Shown piece by piece: positions 1 to 13,890 of a DNA stretch of 53,794 nt (positions within the stretch are counted from its first letter, which is position 1; each line of letters begins with the position of its first letter). The notes under the pieces are model-generated. The model worked only from the letters and a program-made list of their open reading frames with translations, was not told where the DNA came from and searched no databases. Source of the DNA: Nemertoderma westbladi (taxonomy: Eukaryota; Animalia; Xenacoelomorpha); the NCBI GenBank assembly GCA_032718475.1, contig JAUCBJ010003604.1:1-53794 (forward strand). The letters are read 5' to 3'. The position numbers and the translations under genes were made by a program.

Positions 1-3000
1 GAGGTAGATTTAACGAAAAGATGAGATAATGGGTGTTTTGAGTTTTTGCTAATATCGTACATTAACCCACATATGTTATATCTATACAAGGAATCAAGAG
101 GTAGGATGTTAAGTTTTTGATATATAGGTGTTGATGAACTTTGCCAATGGCTAAACGTTATACAACGAACTATCTTATTTATTTTAATTCTCAATGGGTT
201 TAAAATCGACTTATACGTACTTCCCCATACAATGATCCCGTAGCATAAGTACGGATAAACTAAACTAAGAAATATTACTCTGAGTATATTTAACGGGAAA
301 ATGCGTCTTAGTCTGTAGAATACACCTCCCACCTTTGAAACCTTTTGTATAATGTAATTAATATGGGCCTTAAAATTTAATTTCTCATCTAAAAGTAAAC
401 CTAGATATTTGACCACATCTGTTTTACGGATATCAGTATCTTTCAGTTTTATTTTTGGAAGTGAATTATTTAAGTTTTTAAAATTTGAAAATAATGCATA
501 TTCTGTTTTTCCGATATTTAAAGATAGTTTATTTTCAACGAGCCAATTAGTAATTTCTATAATGTCCGTGTTTACATTGTTTATGAGAAGGCTACCTGAG
601 TTTGAGTGTTGCAACAGAGATGTGTCATCTGCAAAAAGAGTAGTTAGAAATGGACTGACAGAAGGGAGATCATTTACATATAATAAAAATAGGATAGGCC
701 CAAGCACAGAACCTTGAGGGATACCACAAATAACTGTCCGTGTATTGGATTGGCTGCTGCCAATGGAGACGAACTGTTGACGATGAGAGAGATAACTAGT
801 GATCAAGGCATGTGGGACACCCCTTATACCATAGGCTGATAGTTTCTTCAGCAAAATTGAATGGTTAAGGGTGTCGAATGCCTTGCTTAAATCCAAATAT
901 AGAGCACATGAAACATCTCGGTTGTCAAGTGAAAAACGTATACGTTCAATAATATTTAAAAGGGCAAATGTTGTTGTGTGTCTTTTTCGGAATCCAAATT
1001 GATGTGGAGACAGAATTTCGAATTTATTTAAATATGAGAGTAACTGAACTTGTATAACATTTTCAAAAATTTTGTTAAATACAGGGAGCAATGATATTGG
1101 CCTATAATTGTTAGTACTACACGGATCTCCACCTTTAAACGCCGGGATTATCTTTGCAAATTTAAGTGAACCTGGGTAGAATCCATTTTTGATACTAATA
1201 TTAATTAAATCAGAAAGGGGTTTGGAAATGATGGGGGCACTTAATTTGAGTAATCGAATTGGAAAATTATCATTAGAAGAAGAATTTTCGTTTAACTGTA
1301 ATAAATAATAATGAACCTCCACTGGTGAAGTTTCGATTAACGAGAAAGAATTTGGTTTGGAATATCTAACATGCCTGGCTGGACAGTGGGTCGATTCAGG
1401 AATTTTTGAGGCTAACTTGGATCCAATTGAAACAAAATAATCATTAAATTCTTCTGCAATATCTCGCTCTCCAGTTAAAACTTTCTCACCACTATGGTGC
1501 AAATCGTGGTTTCTAATTATTTTTTTCGGTGTCCTCCCTTTATTCTGCCTCCCTAAGACCTGGTTAATTATGCCCCAATTCTTTTTCATATTGCCCTTAT
1601 TTTTTTGAAATTGGCTATTGTAATAATTTTTCTCTTCAGATCGCAGTAAGGTAGTTAATTTGTTACGATAATTTTTATATCTAGTATGATTGTCGGGTGT
1701 GGGCGACCTTAGATATATAGAATAAAGTTTGTTCTTCTTTTTAATACATTGTAAAAGTGAAGTGCTAAGCCATTGTTTTTTTGGAAGATCCTTTTTTTGT
1801 ATCAATTTTGAGGGAACATTTTTAGTGCAAATTTTGGAAAATTCAGTATGAAAAGTATCGAACTGCTGATCAAAAGGTAATGAATCCCTAGAAGTCCAAT
1901 TTGAAGTATTTTCTAAGTCCTGAAGAAAAGTATCCTTATTAAAATTAGAATAATCATATACATTTTTATACAACGGCTGAGCAAAAAACATCGAGTAATT
2001 TTTCAGTACTAAAAAAGGTGGTAGATGGTCTGTGGATCCAATTTCAGACAAGAATACTCCCGGGTTACAAATAGACGTGTTTATATTAGTTATGATGTGA
2101 TCTAGCAATGTTCTAGAATGCGGAGTTATTCTTGTTGCTTTCGTAATTAGTTGGGTGAAACCTTTGGATGCCAAAATATTGGTATATTTATTTTGTATTA
2201 ATTTGTTATTACCACCTAATAAATCTATGTTAGTATCACTCGTTATTATAACTTCAAACTCAAGAAGAGATACTAATTTAGATTCAAGATACTCTAAAAA
2301 TAGATTAATATCAGATTTTTGTGATCGATAGTAACACCCAATTATTACTGGTTTACTTGGATGAGGCCGATTAATTTGAGCCCAGGAGCTTTCTATGTAA
2401 TCACAATTAATTTTTAAATCATCACGAATTCTAAAATCTAAATTATCACGAATGTAGATCGCCGTGCCTCCTCTAGACTGTTTCCCTTTTATTCGAAAAT
2501 CGCATATCGGCTTATGGTACCCGGATATGAGGAAGTTATGTATATCATCGTTTTTGGTAAGCCAAGTCTCAGTAAAGCATAAAATATCAAATTTAGTTTC
2601 TATAGAACAAAGATAATCCGTAACTGCCGAAATATTGGTGCGTAAACTACGACAATTAATATTAAATACCGATAAATTATTATTTGCTCCATTTGATGAG
2701 CTGTAAAATGTATCATCAAATAATTTTTCATTAAAATAGCCCTCGATGTCAATTATATTAGTAATAATATTATTATCAGGATCGATACTTGAAAACTGGT
2801 GATTACTCACATCAGTAAATTTGCAATCGTCAATATCCGAGTCAGTGCTGAATATGTCAATGTCATCATCAGGGACGCAATTAAAAGGCAGAATTTCTAC
2901 GGAACAAAATATACACCAAAGATTTAAATAGTCGGAAATATCTGCCTGTGTTATAAAAGAGCCACACTGTAGGTGAAATTTAGCACAACATAATTGGCAA

Positions 3001-3092
3001 GTGAAATGTGTATCTGATTTAGAAAAATTACCATAGCAAAATTCACAGCTACAATCACCTGACTGGGTATGGATAGGGGGAGGGACAGACAT
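1..3092 (-). mobile_element. CR1/L2-group LINE ORF2 (PHD finger - AP endonuclease - reverse transcriptase), open to the left window edge
   Basis: ATG at 3092. The same frame gives CEFC..CQLCCAKFHLQC..WCIFC..LPFN (PHD), FNINCRSL, LCFTETWL, TDHLP (endonuclease), PQGSVLGPILFLLYVNDLP and LFADDT (RT), and is still open at base 1. It is absent from the ORF track, consistent with no stop inside the window. Confidence 0.93.
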
Positions 3093-3376
3093 GGGTGGGT
3101 GCTGGGGGGGGGGGGGGGGGGGGTAATATACGGGTATGTCTATCTACCCAGGTAAGACAAGAGAAACAAATAACCGGTAAGAACACTAGTACCTGTAGGA
3201 AGTTACAAACTACAAGACACAGTTTACAATGAAATATAAACAAAAAAAGCAAAACAAAACATAATAATTTCTCCCAGAGCTATACTTAAACATTCGAACA
3301 TATTTATTTTATTTAGTCCCTTCATATTATCCTAAAGCTAATAAACATTGTATGGGTGGACGACTGGACGCGCACA

Positions 3377-6300
3377 CTACACCGCAAGCACTAGTTCGTC
3401 CCGAGTTCTAGCGTTGTAGCGCTCTATCTCATCGTTAAGTTCGTCATTGTAAGCAATGGGTTCCGATGGGCGAATCAGTTGACATAGATTCACCTGATTT
3501 TTCCAAGTTTGGTTTTCGGTAAGTAGGTCCATTGTGTTCTCTTCTTCGAAGAGTTGGTAGATGTCGTCATTATCTGAGGAGTATGGTGTTCCCTCAGTTA
3601 GTTCGTCCACCTCACTGCTCTCCACTTCCCAATCGTTTACTTGATATATTTGTTCGTGTGGCATTCTCTCTTCGAGAGTTCTACGGGAAGGGCCAGTAAA
3701 GTACCAACCTACTCTAGTTCTTACCGCATAGGTTTGCAGTGGCTGTGGTTGAGCAGGCCGTTTCTCTAATGTTTCGAGCGCCTCGTGCGCGTTTTGGCCG
3801 ATGAGTATTTGCACTCCAGGATAATCTGTCTGGAATCGAGGTATCTTAAGATGTTGGATGCTCTCATCCTCGTCCCAATTATAAAGGTCTGCTTGAGTAG
3901 TAGCAAAGTTCTTTATAGCCACCATTTTTACTGACCTTATACCTTGTGTTCCTAACTTATCCTGGGGGGTGGACAACACACCTACATAGTAATCTGCCGT
4001 TAGGGTAGATTTCCAAACCTGCATAATTCCTGACATATTCAATTTAGTCCGGAACTTGGGTTGTCCAGCAAAGATATCTTCGGCAAGTTCTTGATCGATG
4101 AATGTTCCTGTGCTGCCGGAGTCAAGGAGGGCGTTCACTATGTAGCTTTTGTTAAGACCGTGAACTCTTACTTGAACTACAGGAAATTCTCTGATTCCTA
4201 CGTTGGAAGCGGGAGCTTTCCAAGATGGTTGTTTGGCGAAAGTAGTTGGGGGAAACTCATCGTTGATGTCCTTTTCGTAAGTAAGTGCTCGATACACTGC
4301 GGTATTTATTAGATAACAGGATTCATTGGCGTCGGAGAATTCGTCAGTATAGAATCCTTCCATCTCAGACTCTTGATCAGTGTCGTTTACGTCACTAAAT
4401 TGGACATGTAGTTCGGGCTCACTTACCTGACTCTGTCTGTCTCGTTCGAACTCACTGTGTAACAAGATGTGATGTTTCGCGCCACACTTTGCACACTTTA
4501 TGTCGGAGTAACAGGTTCGCCGTTGATGTCCTGGTCTGAGGCAATTATAGCATAACCGCTTGTCCCACATGACTGTACGTCTGTCTACAAGTGATTTCTT
4601 TAGAAATTCAGCACACGCACTCAAACGGTGGGTCCCGTCGCACAGCGCACAGTTAGGTTTTATGTTACTCACTTTACCTTGGGTAACTTGATGCACTCTC
4701 GTTTTTTCTTCGGGTTTTCTTCGGTGCATTCTGTTAGGAGACTGAGGAGGGGTCTTGGCAACCTGTTCTCTCCTATCGTTGTTTCGAGCCTTGTATTTAC
4801 TTACGTCCTTTGAGGTTTTGTCAACATAGTAAGATCGGTCTGTGTCTTTCCCGCTGTCCTCTTCTTGGGAAGCTTGGCTTTCGCCGTCGTCAGTGTAACA
4901 CACCGGTGTTACTCTTCTCCTAGAAGTGGGTTTCTCACTTACCTTATTTTCCGATGTTTTCTCTCTGGACTGCTTGATGAGTTGTAGTTTTACTTCACCA
5001 TCTAAGAAAGACATGAGATCAGCCATGGTAGGACTTCGTCGTTGTTGTTCATTCATGTACAACACTTTCTTGTCCCAGCGTGTACATACTCCACCCTTTG
5101 GTAAAGTAGAGACTACGGCTCCAATAACCATGGAACTCTGATATTCATGTGACTTACCTAACCAGTCCAGTTGTCTACAGATCTCTTGAATTTCATCGGA
5201 AAACTCTATAATCCCGCTACTAAGGAAGTGTCGGGGGGCTACTAATTTTGCATACAAATACTTAGCTATGTTATCCTTGTTACCATACCTGATGTTTAAT
5301 GTATCCCAAACTTGTCTTAATCCATCTGGATGTCCAATAAACTTTAACGCCATTAACTTGGGAGGTCCTTCCAAGCACTTGATGAGGAATCTAAGTTTCT
5401 CTCCGTTAGAAAGTACAGAGTTCTGTATGCTATCTTTGTAATATTCGTTGAAAGGTAACCATTTCATCTCATCTCCATTGAATTTGACGATCTCTCCCAC
5501 TTTGACTGCTTGGCGGGCTTCTGTTCTAGCCATCTGACGCGTAAAGGTTTCTTGGGCCATCGTGTTATTTAATATCGAATTATCGGTATATAAATTTCTC
5601 GGATCATTATCAGGTCTATAGGGAATATCGTTAATAACAGGTCTATAATCACCCTTAATAGGGTTTGCTATAGGAGTTTCTACTTCACTAGCAGTATAGA
5701 TGCGTGTAGGCTCCACACCTTGCGCATGTAATACTTCAGACCTAACAGGTTGACGCAATGTTACAGGGGGTATTGGTATGCCCTTTTGGATATTGACTAA
5801 TTTGTCGCGTTCTAGTGCGATACTTTGCTGCACTTCTTGCAACTCTGCTCTACCTTCCCTCACTGTTCCCTTAAGTTGGTGGACAGTCTCCTGCATCTGT
5901 CCTAGCAGGAGATTCATCCCCCGCCGTCCCTCTTCTACCCACTCAACCGCCGAAGCGGGAGTCGCCAACATAGTAGCGGGCTGACGCGGGACGACGGGAG
6001 ACAAATCTTTGATTTCTCTCTCTGCTATCCGGACAGGAATATTCTCTTGGACTGTTCTTCCGGGTACAGGCAGTGTAGTACTATGTAAAGGGAATTTAGA
6101 GTTAAGCTCTGGAAGTACAGGGGTCTCTAACACAGAAGTGACTTTGGGAACGACAGGCCTAATTATTTCAGGCTCATCAACTATTGTAGGGAGTCTTTTG
6201 ACCTTAATACTTTGGGCTGTAGGTTCTATACTATTCAAGTCTGTGCTAGCTAGCTGTCTTCTAACAGCTGGGGGCAAATCAGGCAATTTGCGACGGTAAG

Positions 6301-7909
6301 ATGTTTTTCTACGCCTACTTAGATGAGATCTATTTCCTCCGCCTTCAGGATCGGTGGTCTCGCCTTCCTCCGAGGATGTGTATCCCTGGCGCTTGGGAGT
6401 AGATTTTCTCATCATCTGCATTTGATTAGCAGTAAACTGTTTATTTATATTGTCTTGCGTCTCTTGCAGATTTTCCAACTCCAGTTGGATAGTCTCCTCA
6501 GAAGCTCTCCGTTCTGCTTCTGCCACTGCTGCTTTTCTTTCTGCTTCTGCTTCTGCCGCCTTTCTTTCGGCTTCTGCTTTTGCCGCCTTTCTTTCGGCTT
6601 CTGCTTCTGCCGACTTTCTTTTGGCTTCTGCTTTTGCCGCCTTTCTTTCGGCTTCTGCTTCTGCCGACTTTCTTTCGGCTTCTGCTTCTGCCGCTTTTCT
6701 TTCGGCTTCTGCTTCTGCCGCCGCTGCTGCTGCCACCTTTCTTTTCTCTATCCGTTCTTTCTTTACTTGTTCTTCTCGAACTCTAGTGAGGCGGAGTTTT
6801 TCATCAAATTCAGCTTGGTTTGCAGCTAACATTTCGGCATCGATTGAGTCCAACACAAGCTTGGTTCCTTCACTATTAGGGGAAAGTCCAGACAGCCGTC
6901 TCCTCAACTCTTCGTCTCCTAGGAATCGCTGATAGTCGGACAGATAAATGTCGATAGCGTCTCTAGTTCGCGGTTTCTCGGCGGTCTCTTCGCTTTCCGC
7001 TTGAGAAAGGGTGACATCAGTTTGTTCTTCATAGGTTGATCTCTCAGCCAGCTGGGATTTCCACTGGGCCGTTTCCTGTACTTTGAGACCTACCCGATGT
7101 AACCAAGTTTTGACAGCAACCTGCAGCGACGTGTCCTGTCTTCTTTTGGAAGTTTCCTCAAAGGCTGAGAGGATTAGTCGAATGCGTAGGGTTCTTTCGC
7201 GTACTTGGTATAGCAGCTCTTCCTGCTCTTGAGGTCCTTGGGGTTGTCGAAACAGTTGTTCTTCTAATCGCTCTAAAGAGCCGAAGAACCCTTGCAAATA
7301 TCCTGCTGCCGACCTCTTCCAAACAGCTGGATCCATCGTATCTTTAGCCACTCCCATCCTATGTATATCTTCCCAAGTAGCCTCGGACAGATCTAACGGG
7401 AGTCCGGGTCCGGGAAAGTTCCATTGTGACTCGACAATAGACATCAATTCCTCCCTGGCGTATCCCGCGTAATTATCTTGGGTCGCTCGCTTATTTCTCG
7501 CCCAATCAGCTTGATGTTCCTCCACCGCAATCAATATAGTAGTTAGCACTGCGGCAGGAAGGGTGAGAAGGGGGTCCGAGTAGGCTGTAGCTGCCATCTG
7601 CACTCCGCGTTCGGGGGTCAGCTCGACAGTATCCGAACTACTGGAGCTATCTGATCGCTGGGAACAAGTTTCTTGACTAGGCTGTTGCTGCTGTGGGACA
7701 GCTGCTTCCTGGTTCCGTTTGACTTGGGCTCGAGTACCTATGATGGACCTATGGTGGATTAGCTTAGGGTCTGATACTACTGGAGGGGTGACCTTTCTTG
7801 CAGTAGGAGGTGAACTGAACTCCTTTCTTAATCGCTCTACACTCCTATCTGTGTCACAGATGGTTGTATCGATTAGACTGTCTGACAGGTTTTGCTGAGT
7901 GTCAGACAT
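3377..7909 (-). mobile_element. BEL/Pao LTR retrotransposon Gag-protease ORF (1510 aa), no RT/RNase H/integrase in the window
   Basis: DUF1759-like KFNGDEMKWLPF..LSNGEKLRFLIKCLEG; BEL zinc knuckles CALCDGTH..C / CYNCLRPGH..C / CAKCGAKHH; aspartic protease ALLDSGSTGTFI; AVRTRVGWYFTG. Confidence 0.92.
6525..6720 (-). repeat. 27-bp coding tandem repeat (KAAEAEAER, about 7 copies) in BEL Gag
   Basis: Repeated ttcggcttctgcttctgccgcctttct-type units; visible in the translation. Confidence 0.9.
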
Positions 7910-8013
7910 GTTTAGCTTTACAGTTGAATGTCTACTGCTATAGTTTCAGTTAAAGTAAGTCTAGTAATTCAGTATAATCGTTGGCCTAGTACCGTTAATT
8001 TATTACAGTATTA

Positions 8014-8260
8014 GAATACCGGTATATACTTATAGTATGTATAAGTATTGTAAACTAGGTTTGTCACAGAGTACCGGTATATAAATTTAGCACAAATATA
8101 TATAAATATATAATAGGCCTATCGTGAATACCGGTATACAGCTTACACTGATAGTATATAAGTATAATTATGAACTAGAATTAATTACAGAGTACCGGTA
8201 TGATTTCAGCTCAAATTTATAGAAATAAATATAATAAGCCTATGGTAAATACCGGTATGT
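8014..8260. repeat. Diverged 112-120 bp direct repeat (2 copies plus partial) in the BEL leader
   Basis: gaataccggtata..cagagtaccggtat..ataata(g/a)gcctat occurs twice. Confidence 0.7.
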
Positions 8261-10907
8261 CAATTATTTTAGAATAATTGAATTTCTGAATATTTTAGGG
8301 TTACTTGGTTACTTTAACTTACTTTATTACCGTTATTTAAGCAGTAGTCCAACTGATATTGAGACCTAGTTGTTGTATGGCAGGCCTACTATTTATAAAT
8401 CGTTTGAGTTGATTTATAATAGATATATACCCGTTTAAAAGGGTTTTGTCAATATTTGAAATAAATGTTATTATTTCTGGGGGTCACTACACAGAAGCTG
8501 TGCGCTCTCAGTGAAGTGCTATTTATGGGACACTAAAACTGATAATTCTAATTTACCTAAGTTACTTAATACTACAAATTACTTACGATATGGGTGAGAT
8601 TAAATCTCTTATTAAACACAACAAAAATATTACGTACGAAATTTTTAGGGTAATTTTACAGGAAGTCTACAAACCAGCCTAACAAAGGGTTAGATTTCTG
8701 GTTATTACAACGGACAGGGTACTTCGGTATTTGAAATAATAAGTAGCAGTAAATATATTGCACTGTCCAGATAGGAAAATACCACCGCCTGACGACCTAT
8801 AACCGTATCGCTATAGGTACTACGTTATGTATCACGGAGTGTTCCTACCCAGAAGTTAATAGTGCTAACGAATGTGCCTATCAACCACTTTACAACACAA
8901 ATATACTGCCTACACTAATTACTTCGGAAAGCACTGTACACTAAACCCTAAATTAGGTACAAGTACCGGTACAACAAATAATCAGTAGTTAAATATACTT
9001 GAACAGTTAAAAGAACCACGGCATCTGCTGGAGTGACCAGAGCACAAAGTCACCAGTCTTGTCCTACGCCAAGCAGCCCGTGTAGTACCGGGGTTAATTT
9101 AACTATAACGGTATGTATAACAAACACAATTACTGTAGGAATAAACTTGGGGACATGAATGTTGCGAGTAATCGCATAAACTCTGAATAATAAATATTAC
9201 GCTACCCGTACAGAATACTCAAACAAAATACAAACCAAACGCTGGCAGACTACCACCAAGCCTAAATAAACTACCGTACGTGTAGATTCTGAAATGGTTA
9301 GTTAGTATGCGTTCTAACACGGTAGTACGACTTATTCTTTAAGAGGGGATTGACCTTACAGCATATGGCTGCCCCAACTTACTAACGGCACTTTATCAGA
9401 CAAACTCTACACACGCCGTAATCTCTCCAAACCCAACAACAGTCAGACAGCAGCTCAGCCTACAATTATCTGAACAATCTGAGCAGACTTACATGTCTTC
9501 AGCTCAATATTAACTTACTAGGAAATAAAACCGACAGAAATAGGTAAAATCTCAATAAAAACCAGGGCTGCAGTCCCTGATTAAATACTAAGACCTACCG
9601 GTATACAATAATCAAATTCGAATAATACTAATGTACTTATACAGCTGTACCGGTTCAGGTTTACCGGTCACTACGGTATTTTGCAACCTTATTGCTTACT
9701 GCAATAAGATCGATAACTGTTACTGTTCGCGCTTTTGAAGACCTTTAGCAGTTTAACCTGCCAAAATTTATATGTCTTTTAGTTAATTAAAACACCTTTA
9801 GCATACGACAATATTTTATGCTAATAAACAAAACATTAACCGAAGCCAGCCCATGCGCGATCATTCACCCGATGGATACACCCGGGAGGCTGAATTCGGA
9901 TGCTTAAATTTTATTATTGCAGTGTAAGATTGCAGTGTAAACCTACTGTATTATTCGATTGATCACTCATATGTAATTTCTGACAGATATTATTAGCTTT
10001 CGGGAAATATTAACAGTTCCTTTAGGACGTGGCGCTCTATCTATTTAAACAGAGCTAGGACTTATACTAAACGCAACGATAATGCTTATAATTAAAGTAT
10101 AAGGCGCATTCTTTAGGAAATGCTTTGTTACCAATCACAATCATGCACACTATTCTGCCGACCGTCAGTAAATTTGATCACACATAAAGAGAACAGCAAT
10201 TGACTCATGTAGTGTCTGCTAAATAACATTAGATTCAATACACACCACATTGATATAAATCGCAATTGTTATGTATAGCCTGTCTCTCTAACCTGTAGTA
10301 TATCAAGAAAATTGGGAATTTTGGGTGATTTATCAGTATTCTCCAAAGGGCAATATTTCATCAACAAATCGATACAATTAATAACTGACGGTAAATAACA
10401 GTACAAACAATATAATTAATAAGTAAAGTTCGGGAGAATCATATAACTAATAGTGAGTTAGACTAGTTAGTTAGGTAACAGTTATACTTTCTATAATTTA
10501 AGCAGTTTTACTAGAGTTCTTCCCAAAGGCCGGTGTTCTGGCGAAAAATGGGAACACAACAACAGAATCATATGAAGAATCATATGACTACTACTCTATA
10601 CGAGGATACCAACTACCCTTATTCCCCGAAGCTCCCGTCCAACACAGAGGATGAGCATACAGATAGGAAATTCAGTTCAGTAGCTCTGGGATAGGTCAAA
10701 ATCAACGCCAACTCAAATTCTATTGGCCGATACGGAAAACAGGGCTAAGGCAACCTCCCTAAGCTGGTTGGCCGATCGAACAGAACCCAGATCCCTTCGC
10801 ACAGCAAATCAGCCAATCAGCCGGTAGCTTGCACTATTCTAGCTAGATATCCCTTTTTAGAGTATTCAGCGACTGGGGGGAACTGGTTAGCAAAGCAAAC
10901 GAATCAG

Positions 10908-11300
10908 TTATCCCACAAAAGCTTTTACAGTAGTGAATAAATCCGCAGATACCCACTGAAATGGTCTGTCTGGGGGAAGGTCCATTATTAGTTTCTCTTT
11001 AGGTAGGCTGCGTTGGCGCTGTTGGCATTGCTCGCAGCCCCCAACGAGTTTGGCAATGTCCTTATTTATCCCGGGCCAAAAAACGACTTCGCGAGCTCGT
11101 TGTTTGGTACGTACTATACCCTGATGTGGGGCGTGTAAACGTTTTAGAACGAGGTTTCGTTTTGATTTCGGGATGACTAATTGTACACCAAATAAAACCA
11201 GTCCATTTTCAACGGACATTTCGTGGATAATAGATTTACACTGTTGTGTCAGGCTGGACACAGTATTTTTATTTGTAGGTCCCTGAAGAATTTCACACAT
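10908..11300 (-). mobile_element. Ty3/Gypsy integrase H2C2 zinc-binding fragment
   Basis: LVIP..LHAPHQGIVRTKQRAREVVFWPGINKDI..CEQC..PDRPFQWVSADLF. Confidence 0.9.
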
Positions 11301-11343
11301 TTAAAGTGTAGCCAAAAGCAACCGCCTGAATGCCAACCCAAAA

Positions 11344-13890
11344 ATGTCACTACCAACTGAGGATGACACCCTCAACCTCGATACTTCATCCATCGACAAA
11401 CTCGATAGGAATACGCTAAAAGCTCATCTCACCAACGCTGAGATCACGTTTAGCGATAAAACTTCGACAGTTGCTCTGAAACAGAAACTGCGGAAATTCC
11501 TAGTGGAGGGCGACATAGAAGAAGAGGTGGTAGAATCAGTTGCAGGAGCAGCACACGGAATAGATGTAGCAGCTCTGCTCCACCAGCAACAGCAGCTGAT
11601 TAACGACCAACATGAACAGCAATTACGGATGTTCACTCAACTGCAAGGGTTGCAAATACAACAGGAGGAACAACACGCCCGGTTTATGGAAACTCTCAGT
11701 GCTGGCGACACTTCTCGCGAATGCGACCGGAACATCGATACCGTCGCTACACGCGTCAACGAACGTGAAACAACTAAACTCACGGTACGCGCACCAAACC
11801 TATTGGAGGACGACGTCGACTTCAAGGAGTTTAAAAGGTGGGAGGCCACTTGGCGAAATTATTCCCGGGTCACGAAACTCGATAATAAAATCAGAGAGGA
11901 TCAACTAGCAACCTTCTTCTCATACTGCAGTCCGGATTTTTTGAACCGATTGCAGTACGCCATTAGTATCCCGCAGGATACCACATCGTCAATGGAGGAA
12001 ATCCTTACGATCATACGAAATCACCTGCGAGCCCAACAAAATATAACAGTGGACCGTTATAAACTCGTCCATAAACGTCAGGATGATAAAGAATCCTTTG
12101 ACGACTTCTATATTAGTTTGTGCGAGATGGCGGATGACGCGATTCTCGAGAGCATGGCAAAGGATGATTGGTTATCAACTCTCATAATTTGTGGTATAGA
12201 AGATGACGAAACTCGGTTGGAGTTGCTCGCAAAGAAACCTACGCTAACACGCGAAGAAATCGTAGATTTTTGCCGCAATAAAGAACTGGCTATGAAAGAC
12301 GACCAACGACTAAAGCAAAACGTCGGCGCGGTTTATCCAAAATCCCGCCCCCATAGTCGCGGTCGCCCTCGCCAGAAAAAATCTGCTGATCCTAAGGAGA
12401 AACAACCTCGCCGCAACTCCCAACTTCCTCCCAATGTTTGCTACAAATGTGGCGGTACCTGGCCCCACAACAGCAGCAAACCGTGTGCCGCCAAGGGTAA
12501 AACGTGCTCCAACTGCAATCGTAATGGCCACCTAGCCGACGTGTGTCGTAATCCAAAAGAGAAACAGACGCCGAAACGAACTGGAGCAATAATCCTGGCT
12601 GCATTCAAGGAGGCGGCCTACACATCGAGGCCCCTTATATCCATAGACTTCCATGATACTCAGGGCGAATACATAGCGACTAAAGCCTGCATAGCAGATA
12701 CAGGGGCTCAGGTTACAGTTGCCGGAATACAACTGTTAAAACGGTTCGGTATAATGAGGGATAAACTCCAACCAACGGAAGTAAACCTCCAGAGTGCAGA
12801 TGGTTCATCCATACATTGTCTCGGGTCCATAGACTTTATTCTTTGTGCGAAACCATCCTCTGACTCTCATACCGAAACCATATACATTTGTGATAAAATG
12901 AAGAGAGATGTCTTCCTCTCCCTAGCAGCTTGTAAGGGACTACACATCATACATGACCTGTTCCCCGCCCCCCTCCCAAATCAATACAGAGTTGGTGCTG
13001 TGAAGGAAGTCCTACCGACGACGGATATAAAACTCGCAGAGAAAACGGAAAAAAAACTCATAGAAGAATTTTCCGACGTTTTCGCTATCCCTTCAGAGTT
13101 GAGGACGATGAACGGCCCACCGATGAAAATCGAACTGAGGGAGGACGCAACCCCGTTTTGCATCTACGCTGCTCGGAACATTCCGCTCGCCTACAGAGAA
13201 AAGGCACGCCTTGAAATCGAGGATATGCTTACAAAAGGAATAATCGAACGTGTCGGGGATCGAGCTGTTCCTTGGTGTCATCCGATTGTCGTATGCCCGA
13301 AACCCGGCAACCCAGAGGAAATTCGGATGACCGTCGACTTGACGAAACTCAATAACCAAGTGAAACGGACAATTCATAACGCGCGTACGCCATCCGATAT
13401 TATGATGGACCGCACACCAAACGCTCGCTGGTTCACCAAACTCGACGCCAAATCGGGTTATTGGCAGGTGGAGCTGGCGGAGGAGTCGCGCGACCTTACC
13501 ACATTCCTAACGCCTTGGGGGTGCTACCGATAAGCCAGGGCCCCTATGGGATTCATTTCCACTGGAGACTCGTATAACTGCCGTGGCGACCTAGCTCTGG
13601 ACGGTATACCTAACGTTAAGAAACTCGTGGATGATATACTCATAGAGGATGAATCCCTAGAAGAACACATCGATCGCGTCCGCACTATATTGGAGCGTTG
13701 TCGCACCCACGGAATAACTCTGAACCGCAAAAAGTTTCAGTTCGCCAAACAACGTATCCAATTCGCTGGTTTTATACTTTCCAGCGCCGGAGTATAGGCC
13801 GATCCGGAGAAAATCCGCGCAATCGTTGACTTTCCTACTCCCACGAATATTGAATATAACAGAGTTGAGAAGCTTCATGGGTCTCAATGA
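11344..13890 (+). mobile_element. Mag-like Ty3/Gypsy gag-protease-RT, pseudogenised
   Basis: Twin knuckles CYKCGGTWPH..C / CSNCNRNGH..C; protease IADTGAQ; RT KLDAKSGYWQ and LVDDIL. In-frame stops at 13531 and 13795, then a frameshift before ELRSFMGL. Confidence 0.92.

Noticed and set aside
9000-10900. LTR/PBS for the BEL or Gypsy element
   Set aside because: No paired LTR or convincing tRNA primer-binding site was found by eye.
13531-13797. Programmed stop read-through in Gypsy pol
   Set aside because: Stops lie inside RT and are followed by a frameshift and deletion, which fits simple decay.
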